From Vicugna vicugna (lineage: Eukaryota), in the NCBI GenBank assembly GCA_013265495.1, contig MU060042.1:5886258-5950257 (forward strand): a stretch of 64,000 bases of DNA, written 5' to 3'. Of the stretch, positions 36,800-47,929 are shown in pieces. The position numbers and the translations under genes are program-made. How positions within the stretch are numbered: the first letter of the stretch is position 1; each line of letters starts with the position of its first letter. The notes under the pieces were generated by a model that was not told the origin of the DNA, searched no databases, and saw only the letters and a list, made by a program, of their open reading frames with translations.

Positions 36800-36945
36800 G
36801 AGGGGCACGGGGGACGGGACGTGGGGGATGGGGTGCAGGGGACGGGACGTGGGGGATGGGNNNNNNNNNNNNNNNNNNNNNNNNNNNNNNNNNAGTGGAC
36901 AGGGCAGAGGGGATGGGGTGCGGGGGAGGGGGCGCAGGGGACGGG
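36800..36945 (+). repeat. G-rich 28-bp minisatellite (ggggacgggacgtgggggatggggtgca) with an internal gap
   Basis: Period 28 between 36814 and 36842; degenerate units continue after the N run. Confidence 0.8.
36861..36893. other. Assembly gap (33 N) inside the G-rich minisatellite
   Basis: N run. Confidence 0.99.
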
Positions 36946-36978
36946 TGCGGTGTCTAATGCTCTTCCATCCCCTTTCAG

Positions 36979-37138
36979 CCCGACTCTCCCGGCCCTCGAC
37001 TGGCAGCTGCCGTCTCACTCAGGACCCTATGAGCTGAGGATTGAAGTGCAGCCCAAGTCTCACCACAGAGCCCATTATGAGACGGAGGGGAGCCGGGGGG
37101 CTGTGAAGGCGTCGGCCGGAGGACACCCCAGTGTGCAG
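36979..37138 (+). CDS. NFATC1: NFATC1 RHD exon: (S)[53 protein letters not shown]
   Basis: Contains the NFAT DNA-recognition loop RAHYETEG. Acceptor cctttcag, donor CAG|GTACCA, 160 nt, phases fit both neighbours. Confidence 0.99.
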
Positions 37139-40100
37139 GTACCACTGCCTCTGACCCCGGGGCGAGTCCGCACTGCTTCAGTCCGGAGGCCACTTTGTGC
37201 CAACAGCCAACAGTGCTTTTCATTTTCTGTCTTTTTAAAGAAAACTGTCGTCACCCAAACAGTTTAGCTAAATATTTTACGCACAGTTAAGTCCTAGTTT
37301 TCTCCTCAACACGCACAATTGTAGATGGGAGCTCACGGCCCTCATTTCCGCAGCTTACAGATCAGCTGTGCATCCATGGGACTGCTTTGGGGGAGCAGGC
37401 GACGCCTCGACCATCTTGGGTGACGAGCATGGTCTGGTGGGGCTGGGGACTCCCCGTGATGTTGCAGGGGTGACCGACGTAGGATCAGCCGGGCACTGGA
37501 GCTGGCGTGGGACCTGCTGTGAGGTGTCAGGGGAGAGGGTGCTTCGAGGCAGGGAGGTCACGCAGCCCTGCCTGTGCTGGGAGTCTCCTGCCGCATGTGG
37601 GAGAGGGTGGGCCCCATCAGTGTGACTCAGGGTGCTGCCCTGGGGGCAGTGGTTTTGCCTGCCTTCAGAGTCAGCCAGTGCATGCCTCGTGTCCAGGCAG
37701 CCTCCGCCGTCCTGAACCTGTCACCTGTGCCAGCCCAGGAAATCACGAGAACTCCCGGCTGGCTGTCCTGTGGCGTCTGTGCTTGGTCACACGTGGCACT
37801 TAACCCACCCACCTCCCGCCGGGCCCTCTGCTGTGACTTGTGACAGTCCTGCTGGACACGAGCTTACTGTCTTGCCCCAGAGCGGCAGGCCGTACGGAGT
37901 TGTTGACAGAGAGTGTTCCTCCCCAGTCTCTGCTCCCCCTACAAGCCCGGATCCCCAGCCCTGTTGTTCAGAGAATGGTGCCGGCTGGAAGGGAGGCAGT
38001 GGGGCCCCGCGCTTTTATTTTATTCCATTTAGATAAATGAAAATAAAGCTTACGAGGGAAGGGGGGCGCGGAGACGATGGCCGTGGGCCAAGGCAGCAGT
38101 CAGGGACGTGGAGTTTGCGGGGACGTGAGGGCAGTATTAGAGGCTGTGCCCTCCCCGCCAATTAGCACCCGTGGCAGCTGGTGGACGCGGGAGCGCGGGG
38201 GAGGCGCGTTGGCGTGGACGCGGCCCGCTTGGCCTGCGCTCGGCCGCCTCCCGGGTGACTTCTGCACTTAGCAGGGCTGCACAACCACAGTGTTTACCGC
38301 CCTTCCTGCTGCGGCTTTCACTGAACGAAATGCCTTGTGGCTGAGTGGGAAAGGCGCTACCAAGGCGAGGAAACTGGCCAGTGAATGAGGAGAACGAGAA
38401 TAACGCCGCGGGGGTGTGGTGGCCCAGTGCCCCGGTGGCTGTAGATTACATCGATGAGGGGAGCTAGTCCCAGAGGGAGGGGCTCGCACCGCAAGTCGCG
38501 CTTCTGCCTGGGGACGCGGAGGCCCCCCGCCCTGACTGAGGGCCGTCCTCGGTGTGGGGCTGTGAGCGTGGGGCGCACGGGGCAGCTGCAGCGGGCTGCC
38601 CCCACTCCTCGGCCAGGAGCGCACCGAGCCCCTGCTCACAGGGCCCACGGCGCTGGGTGTCCGTGTCTCCCGTGCAGTGTCTGGGGCACAGCGTGGTGTC
38701 TGTCTCAGTGTAGACAACACAGAGAGAACTGAGTCGTTTGGAGGTACTGTGAAGCTTGAAACTATTTAAAACATCTTGAGGATGAATCCTCGAAAATAGT
38801 TTCAGAGCAAACAACGGTAGACCGCAGAGGCTGGTTCTGGGTTTAAACAGCACGGATGCCCCCAGCCTGACGAAACGCACGAGGGGAAAAGAGTGTCGGC
38901 CCGTCAGGGCTTCCGCCGCGAGCGGGGTCGCTAAGGGAGAGTCTTCGGATCGCTCTGCGGCAAGTGTGAGGTCAGCAGTTAGAAAGGGGGCTTTTGGGTT
39001 TGTTTTCTTTTTCAGTTAGCGGACCACAGATTGGATAAAAATAGAATTTGCACATAATTATAAAACAAATGAAAATAGAAAAGTGTCTCTGCTGCCGTGA
39101 AAGCGTGGTAACCACAAAGTTTTATTCTGTGCTGTGAGTTATTCTCGCACATCCTCTGACCCTGCGGCTCCACCTCCCAGAGACGATCGCGCCTCCCGCA
39201 GCTTCAGCTCCCCACGCAGGGAAGCAGCCCCTCCCCGAGCTGCTCTGTGGTCAGCTGGTCAGAGGGAAGCCAGGTTTTGGTTCCGGGGCGTCCAGGCTGT
39301 CAGGTTCAGAAGTGCGGTCACGTGGAGCGTCCAGCAGGCCCGGCGCTCGCGTGGGCTGAACCAGGGAGGACATCCAGGCCTTCACAAGAGTCCGCCGCCA
39401 AGTCAGAGGCCGCGGTCTTCTGCAGGACGCGGCCCCCAGCTGTGCCCCAGGGAGGACTCGGTGCTCTTCTCGAGCATCTGAGTCATGGGGGGCAGCCCCA
39501 CGCGCCCCCTCCTCTGAGTCTAGGAGACACAGCGAAATTTGAAACCTTTCTAGGCAGAATCAGGCTAAAATTTTAGATTAGGAAAGGACTTCTGTGTTCA
39601 TGGGGTCCCCAGGCCCTTTCCTCGGCTCTCCGGAGTCACCAGCAGCCCTGTGGGCGTTTCCGCGGGCTCTGTCTGAGGGGGGAGGCGGAGGGAGTCCTCG
39701 GGCCATGTGGGGTTTGCCTTTCCGGCGTTTCCACCACCAACCGGAGGCTGTGACCCTGCAGCAGCCCCAGCGCCCCGGCCTCCCCTCAGGAGACAGAACT
39801 GCAGGTCGAGGCGGCCAAGGGCGTCGTTCACTCGGTGTTCCGTTTGCTCTCCTGGGTGTCCCCTTCTCCTGTCGTCACCGGGGCGGAGCTGCCCTCTGCC
39901 CTGCGCTCTGCCCGGCGTCCTGATGCCCGGTCCCCATCCCGAGAGCAGAGCCCCTGTGAGCTCGGGGCGGGTCAACCTCCAGGAGGTGCTGGTTCCGGCC
40001 GCCCTGCAGGCCTGGATGGAGGGACCTGAGGGGTGTTAGTGATCTCTGACCCAGGGGTCAAAGAATTAAGCTCTGCTTACCAATGACCAGAATCACTTGC

Positions 40101-43100
40101 TCGCGGGCTTCTGGGCCGTCACACCGCGGCTGGTGTGAATAATTGATAGGTTGCTGAAACGCGACCCTTGGTGGCAGCCTTGTCAGCTCCTGAACAGCTT
40201 CAGGTTATTGACCTGTGTTCCTGTCAGTTATCGGTGGGCAGCAGGTGCCCCTCGGGGAGACGTGGGGACCGGCCTCGCTCAGGCAGCAGGGCCTGGGGAG
40301 GGTCCCGGCCCCGGGCCCGGGCCCTGCCTCCCGCGGGGGTCTCTCCTTGGGGTGCTGGCTCGGAGGCCCACCCTTGCCCCCGCAGACCGAGATAAATACT
40401 TTTCAGTCATTTAAGACGTTTGGGGGCTGAAGCCAAGGAAGGAACAGACCAGGAAACAGGCATTTTTTCAGGTCATGGGAATCAGCCAAGGGGGCTGTGA
40501 TCATCGCCGCATCCCGTGGAGCCTCCCCCGGGCACGGAAGGGGCCACAAGAGGCAGGCTTCCCTCGGGTGTCTGAACACTCCGGGCAGACAGCAGCTCCT
40601 CCTCGTACCCGACGGCCACAGCCCCACTCCTCTCACCCAAAGCTTACTGCATGGCCCTTACTGGGTTTGTGCGAGGCGGGCATCTCTTCCTGCGGTGGAG
40701 ACAGGACCAGTAACCTGGCAGCCGAGGCTTCGCAGGACCAGAGCACGCGCTGCTGGAGGAGGTGGTGGTTTGATGGCAAACCCTCGGGCCCCCAGGAGCC
40801 GCCATCAGAGCGCAGGTCCGACCCCAAACCAGACCCTGGGCCGCCCTGCCCACTGCACGGACTGACCTTGCACGGGCTGCTGGGCCGTCCGTGTCCACCC
40901 GCGTCGGGAACCGCATGAGTCGTTGCAGAGGCACCGGCCGCCTTCACTGCTGCCCCCAGCACGGGGAGCCCAGGAGCACGTGCAGGGCGCCCTCAGCCCC
41001 AGAAGCAGGTCATGAGGCCTGTGTTCCTCCGGAAGCGAAGCGCCGGGGCCTTGCGCGTGGGGCCACGCTGTGGTCACAACGGGTGCAGTGAAGCTGGGCG
41101 GTAGCAGCAATAACCGCCGGGAAGGCGGGGCCGTTGTTACGCCTGCTGACATGCGGCCAAGGCCCCTGCGCTCAGCTCGTGACGTCGGTTTTAAACACCG
41201 GGCTTAAAACTGAGGTCAGGGCAGTTTACGCTTTCCCCGCAGCCGATACGTTCACTTGGGAATAAAGTCCGCTGAGCAGCTCAGCAGGGAAACCCTCTCA
41301 GAGCAACAGGCGGACAGCGTCGTCCGCCTGGAAGCCGCCCACCTCAGACGCTTTGGCCTCTGGGTTCCAGGCTGCAGACGTTGTAGAATAAAAGTCGCCT
41401 CAGACGCGGGACCTCTGGGGCTTGTCCTCGATCCTGCCACCTTCCACGTTGTCCCAAGAGGGTTTCCGGAGTGTCCAGCGCTGTCTGAGTAGAGCTGTTA
41501 GTGCTCCCGCAGGCATCCCAGCCGTCAGGACGGGGGTCGGAGATCGGAGGTCGGCGCGGTGAGCGGGCCTCCTGCTCCTGGACTGCACTCCCTGCCGGGG
41601 CGTGGGGTACGGGGCACGCCGTGGGGAAGGCGCTCCCGTGGGTGGTGGGGATGAAGATGGGATGGGGCTGAAGATGCGGCGGACAGAGCTCATGCCACAG
41701 GGTCTCAGGTTAATCCAGTGTTAGAGAAATCTGAGTCAGAAAAGGTGAAGCCGGCTTTGAGCTGGGTTTTCCCTTCTGCGTGGTTCTGCAGAGCTGACAT
41801 CTGGTGAACTCATAATTGCCCATTAAGCTGACTGTCACACTGGGCACAGGGACTCCCTTGCTGGGCTCATCTGTGCGCCAACTCGAGACCCAGCTGAAAA
41901 GCGACTTGCCTCCGTTCACCGGCTCCTGTGTGGCTCTGCCTCCGTCCTGGGCTCTGCTGGAATCTCAGCGTTGACCAGACTTGGCCTCGGCCGTTCCTTC
42001 ACCTGTCATCCTGCCGGAAGGTGCTGAGGCAGGCAGAGGAGCTAAAACATCTTCAGGTGTGGAGAACTCAGCAGGCCTTAGACCTTAAACATGGAACAAT
42101 ACATTTCGTTTAGTGCAGGTTGAAGCAAAGAGGGGCCGTTGCCGTGACAGGTAATCCTATAAATCTTACTTTGACAGACACTGTCACGTGCCGGAGGCAG
42201 AAGCCCATGCAGTGGAGCCTGTGAAGCATTTAAATCACTCTTCTTAAAACGAACTTCATGTTTTAAATAATGGATGTTTATCTCCCAGGTTAAAGCTCTC
42301 ATGTTCCCATTTTCACTGAAATGGCGTATTTTCAAAAGGGTGCAGTTATGCCCACAACCCGCTGCGCTCCACGTGCCACTGCGGCCCCAGCGTAAGTCCT
42401 GTGGGAACTTTCCGTCGTCATTTTCAAGCAGTCTGTCCCCCGCCAGGCGGGTGCCGGCCTTGGGGCTGCCCCCGGCACCGGCCACGCGAGGGCAGCTCGT
42501 GGCCAGAGGCTCGCTGACGTGGTGTCGCGTTAAATGTCACAGAACGGAGACTGGGAGGAAAGCTTGTTTCTTCATCAGTCTCTGATTCTATTTTTACATT
42601 TCTTGTTATGAAACGGTAGGTTGAGTCCAGCATGGGCTACGGGGCTTTAGGAAGTTCGTTAAGTTGGCAAAAGGCTGGGCTCGCACAGCCCACAAGGAAA
42701 GAGAAGGCATGTGGGCCGGACGAGCGGGCCTCGGTTTTCCTGACCTTTCCTGTCTGTGTAGACACACGTGTTCACACGGGAAAGAAACGTTTCAGTTCAA
42801 ACAGGAGGCGCGCTTTGCTTCTGCAGAATTAAGCCGTGTTAGCAGGGGCCCCTTGGAGTGGGTGGCTTCTGGTGGGTTCTCCGTGGCGCTGGCTTTTGTC
42901 CACGTGGCAGACCAGGAGGACAGCGAGTGGACAGGTGGGTCCCCGAGCTCTCTGTGCGCCGCGGGCGCTGCAGGGTCGCTGCGCACAGACTCACGTCTCC
43001 ACCGCAGCCCCCAGACCAGCTCCGTCCTCTGTGTGCGTCTCGTCCGCCCATGCCGACACCCGAGGAGCAGGACGAAAGTGCAGCTATTTTCATAGGACGG

Positions 43101-44306
43101 AAAGAGGCTTGGAACTGTCACAGACAGAGAAAGATAAAAACAGGGTGCCTGACGCATGGCGCTCGTGCTGCAAGCCAGGAAATAAAACCCTCCCGACCGC
43201 AGAGCTCCAGAGCAGGTCTGGAGAGCGTGCAAGCGAGTGTGTGTCTACGGTGAGTGCACGCGTGTGCGTGTGCGTGTGCAGACAGCCCCCGGAGCCGGGG
43301 CCCCCCTCCACCCGCGCACACCCGTCCGGCTGGAGCTCCTCTCCTGCGCGAGTTCTCCTGGCGTCGTTCGCGGTAGCGGCCCCACTGTCTGTGACACACG
43401 GGGCTGTTCCACAGGTGTCTGTGCGGCAGAGAGCGCCCCTGGGACGCCCGCAGGCGCCGGCACTGCCAGGAGCCCCGGGCGGGGAGGCTCAGAGCCGCTG
43501 GACGTCCGTCACTTCCGGGGCTGCGGAGCTGGGGGTTGTCAGTCCTGGGCGGTGGCGTGTGGTCTTGTGTCTGTGATGGTGACATCGTGTGGGCTTGCCG
43601 GCAGGAGACGGGACCAGACTGAGAGACTCCAGGCCCCTCAGAACGCGGCGCTGCCGGGACTCCTTGTTGGGCCTGGCGCTTGGTGCTCGGTCCCAGCAGC
43701 CGCCTGATGCCCAAGCACATCCACCCCGGGGGGCCCAGGGGGCGGTGGGCCGGCCCTGGTGCCCAGCCCCCGGATGCGTGAGCCACCTGTCCTCGTGTGG
43801 GACGCTCTCATGAGTACTCAGAGTGTGTGTGACCTCACCTCTCCACTAGCCGAGGCCGGAACAGCAGCCCAGCTCCCGTCAGCGAGGTCTGGATGGCTGG
43901 TTTACTGCTGGCTTGAGCCACACTCAGAGCAGCAGGCCGTCGCCTCTGTGGGTTAACAGATCCATAGGGCCCCACACTTTAACCTGAAGTGTGACGTTCC
44001 AGGATTCTGTTGGAGAAGTTGGGTTGAGGATGTGTTGACACCGTGATGCAGGCACGCATGTGCCAGTGTGCACCACACGTGTACATGTTCCCACGTGGGC
44101 AGCCCACTGTTCAGAGCCCACACTGGGCAGAGACCCCAGAGCTTTGGGGCACGAGGCATCTCCAGGTGCTCGTTCCTGGGCCTGCGACATTAGGACCTGT
44201 GGTGGGGGCTCTCAGCGCCTGTACACCCTCCCTCCTGAACTGGCCCTGCCCCGGAAGTGTGGGCGGTCTGCGCGGGGCGCTCAGGGACTGTCCTCTTCTC
44301 CCCCAG

Positions 44307-44509
44307 CTGCACGGCTACGTGGACAGCGAGCCGCTCACCCTGCAGCTGTTCATTGGGACGGCGGACGACCGGCTGCTGAGGCCCCACGCCTTCTACCAGG
44401 TGCACCGCATCACCGGGAAGACCGTCTCCACCACCAGCCACGAGGCCATCATCTCCAACACCAAGGTCCTGGAAATCCCACTTCTGCCGGAGAATAACAT
44501 GCGCGCAAT
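44307..44509 (+). CDS. NFATC1: NFATC1 RHD exon: [67 protein letters not shown]
   Basis: Acceptor ctcttctcccccag, donor AAT|GTAAGC, 203 nt, typical NFAT RHD sequence. Confidence 0.99.
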
Positions 44510-46050
44510 GTAAGCCATGTGTCCGCGTGTCCGTGTGTCCTCGGGGGCCGGTGGGAGCTGGGTGGGCCCCGCACGCCTGCACCTCCCCCGACGTTTCCAC
44601 AGCTGGGCCCCGGGTGCCCTTGGCTTAGCACCTGAGGAAACTGCACGAATATTTATGACAGCAGGTTTGTTTGTTTCGGGGTTTCAGCCACTGTGCATGG
44701 TGCCGCCTGAATATCTCAGCTGTGGGCGCTCCCCCGTGTCTGAGCACAGTGCCCGTGACAGCTGGAGGAGTGGCTAACCTGCAGTCACTGAGAGACTAGA
44801 GAGGGAGCAGTATGTTTGGGACGTGCTTTCGCTGAGAGGGTCTCTGCCGCGGCTGCATGACCGGCCTGGCAGCTCACTTGTTTACCGGTGAATCGACTTG
44901 AGGGTCAGTTACCCCCTTGTGTCCGGCGGAGCCTGAGTGCGCGGCTTCGTTAACTGAGCAGCCCTGCCGTGCACGCCCCTCCCGTGTCGTGGGCGCAGCA
45001 GAGAAGGAGCCAGTCTGCCCCACAGGACTGGCCTTCTGCATGGGCTTCGGGGGCGGGGGACAGATCCTGAGCACAGTACGTGGATAAGCAAGTTCAGGCA
45101 GCCAGTCGTTCCCCCAGGGGGTCGGTGGAGCGCCTGGGCCCCCATGCATGGCAGGGGTCTCTGAGGGGGCGGCGCTGGGCTGAGAGCGGAATGTGCAGGG
45201 AGGCAGCTCGTGCAAAGGCCCTGAGGCAGGAGTGAGGGGGTGTCCTCAGGCAGGAGGAGCCCAGGGTGGCCGGGCTGTCCTGGGGGAGAAAGGTGTGGGC
45301 GGTGAGGCCGGTGGACCGCGTTCTGCAGGGCCTCGTGTGGGATTTGACAGTTACTTGTAACTGTTATACTCTCTAAGTTGGAAACAAAGGGAAAGGTTTC
45401 TCTCCATGCAGCTCTTCACGGACTTGGGGGAAATCACTCCGAATCCTTGGGTTTGCTTTTGGGGCTGCGGAGTCAGCTTCCCGGGCCAGGATGCGGTCAG
45501 GTGGGTCAGGAGAACCTGCCGGTTTCCGCACTTCAGTGACTGCGTTTTCTCCACCAAGACCCTCCCGCCGGGAGCAGCCCCTGCCCCGTGCTCCGGAGGC
45601 GGGGCTGCGTGCTGGGATGCCGCCCCGGCCTGCTGGGGCAGCGTTTGTGTGGCCTCTTAGCTTCTGACGGGGAACGGGCTGCTTCCATCTGACCGTTGTT
45701 CTGGTGCTGAGTGGAACTGTCAGGTTAAACAGAATTAAACGAGGTCATGTGAAGCCCTAGAAATTTCGTGATCTTGACCCAAGGGAACGTTGCCAAAATC
45801 TTGAGTGAAAGAGGTTTTGGGAGCCGCCTGGAGGGCCCCAGCGGCCCTGTTGGTGATGTCCACGTGGGTCTAGCCAGAGCCCTGAGCGTGCGGGCAGCTC
45901 TCTCCAGACATGCTCAGACCGGATCAGGGCGCGAGGTCCTGGCCGGTCCCACCAAGCCCTTCAGTGAGCGGTCGTCCGGGACGGGCGGGGGCTCGGGCAG
46001 AGGGAGCGGCTCGGGGGTTGAGGAAAAGCGTGGACTCTCATTTTGGGCAG

Positions 46051-46223
46051 CATCGACTGTGCTGGGATTCTGAAGCTCCGGAACTCAGACATCGAGCTGC
46101 GCAAAGGGGAGACGGACATCGGGAGGAAGAACACCAGGGTGAGGCTGGTCTTCCGTGTCCACATCCCGCAGCCCAGCGGCCGGACACTGTCCCTGCAGGT
46201 CGCCTCCAACCCCATCGAGTGCT
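46051..46223 (+). CDS. NFATC1: NFATC1 RHD exon: [57 protein letters not shown]
   Basis: Acceptor ttttgggcag, donor GCT|GTGAGT, 173 nt, conserved NFAT motif [11 protein letters not shown]. Confidence 0.99.
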
Positions 46224-47788
46224 GTGAGTAGCCGCCCCGCCCTGCCTCCCTTGTGACTCCAGGCCAGTCCGACCGGTCATGCCCTTTCCAGGAACAGCTT
46301 TCTTGCCATGTGCGCAACCCTGTGAACTGTGCTTGTCCCACCAAACATGGTCGTGGACAGTATCTGTTCCTTCCTGCACTGGTGCAGGGCCTCCCCCACC
46401 CCAGCACCTGCTGGAGGGAATCGAGGAAAGGAAGTTTGTTCCCAGACAGTGAGCCCTGTGTGTTGATCGCATTTGAGTTAATCTCCCCCCGTCTCAGGAG
46501 ACTTGAGAAAGTGGCGTTTGCGTTGTGGTCTGTCGGGTTGCGCGGTCCTGAATTTGCCGGCTGGCGCAGAGCTCGGCCTTCCATCCCCTGTGTGGACCTG
46601 CCCAGGTGGCTCTGGGCCTCTGGCCTTGGGCTTACCGCTGGGCTCGTCTGGGTGGTCGGACGGCCAAGAAGTGAGGTCTGCCCCCTTCCGTGTTAGCAAC
46701 GTGGGTGGCTGGTGCCACCCTGGGCAGAGACCCGTGGCCCCGCTGCAGCCCCTGCTTCCCGACCTGGGAACCTGACTGTCCCCTGGCCACTGCCCCTGGA
46801 AATGCCCTTCCGTCTTCTCTGAAGGTCCCCTCCAGGGTGTGGCTGTCTCAGGAGCTCTGTCCCCATGGCTCACCCGTCTCAGCGGGAGGGTCCTGCTTTG
46901 GTCTCTGTGCCTCTGATCTGAGGGCCCGTTGGACCTCGGTGACCGGGCCCTTCCTGCCCCACAGCCGCTCCTCTGCGATGGTGGCCTTTGCCTCACTGCC
47001 CCGCCTCCCCCGCTCCTGCTGGACCCTCACTTGCAGACTCCAGATGCCCGTCCCAGGCCAGGGGGCCTGCAGCAGTGGCCTCATCTCTGCTGTGTGATCT
47101 CCTCCTTCCTCCAGCTCATGGGTCCCTTGGTCATGGGGTGACCGTGTGAGGGCCCCCGGCACGTAGCCAGCCCACAGAAACACCGTCCTCACCACCTGCT
47201 TCCGTGCAGACTTCTGGTTGCTGCCTGCATCTGTGTCCTCTGCCTGTCCTGCCTCTCGCAACAGCCCGGGTTCTCGGAGCCTGTGTGTCTGCTGCCCCCC
47301 CCACCCCCGGCCCTGAGACAAATCCATCCTTGGACGGGCCCCCCACATCCCAACCTGCTCTCTGGGATCAGCCTCATGTGCCTCACTCCCAGAGACCCCC
47401 ACCCCGGCCAACACCTGGCCCCACGCCCCTCCTCCGCCAGCACCCGGGGGAGGGCACTCCCCGTTGCTTCCAAAGACAGCACCCCGTTCCCCTGGTGCAG
47501 GGGTCCAGGTGGGGAGTTGGCTGTGAGTCTCCGCGGCGGGCTCTGTCCTCACGGGCTCCCGCGGCTTCCCCGGGCCCTCCACGGGGCCCACCCTCGAGCG
47601 GAGGCTCACACACAGGCTCACACGCGTGTGCACACGCACCTCGGGAGACCTGCGAGTCAGACGTGTGGCTTCCCTTGGGCGTCGCCCCTCCCGGGGCACG
47701 TCGCCACACTTCCGTTCCGGGTGCAAGTGACTGTCGGGGTGGTCGGCGGTGCGGGGCGGCTCACACGCATGTTCCTGTCCCCACACAG

Positions 47789-47929
47789 CCCAGCGGTCAG
47801 CCCAGGAGCTGCCCCTCGTGGAGAAGCAGAGCGCGGCCAGCTGCCCTGTCCTCGGTGGGAAGAGGATGGTCCTGTCCGGCCACAATTTTCTGCAAGACTC
47901 CAAGGTCATTTTCGTGGAGAAGGCACCAG
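47789..47929 (+). CDS. NFATC1: NFATC1 RHD linker/IPT exon: (S)[46 protein letters not shown]
   Basis: Acceptor ccccacacag, donor CAG|GTATTT, 141 nt, phases fit. Confidence 0.98.
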
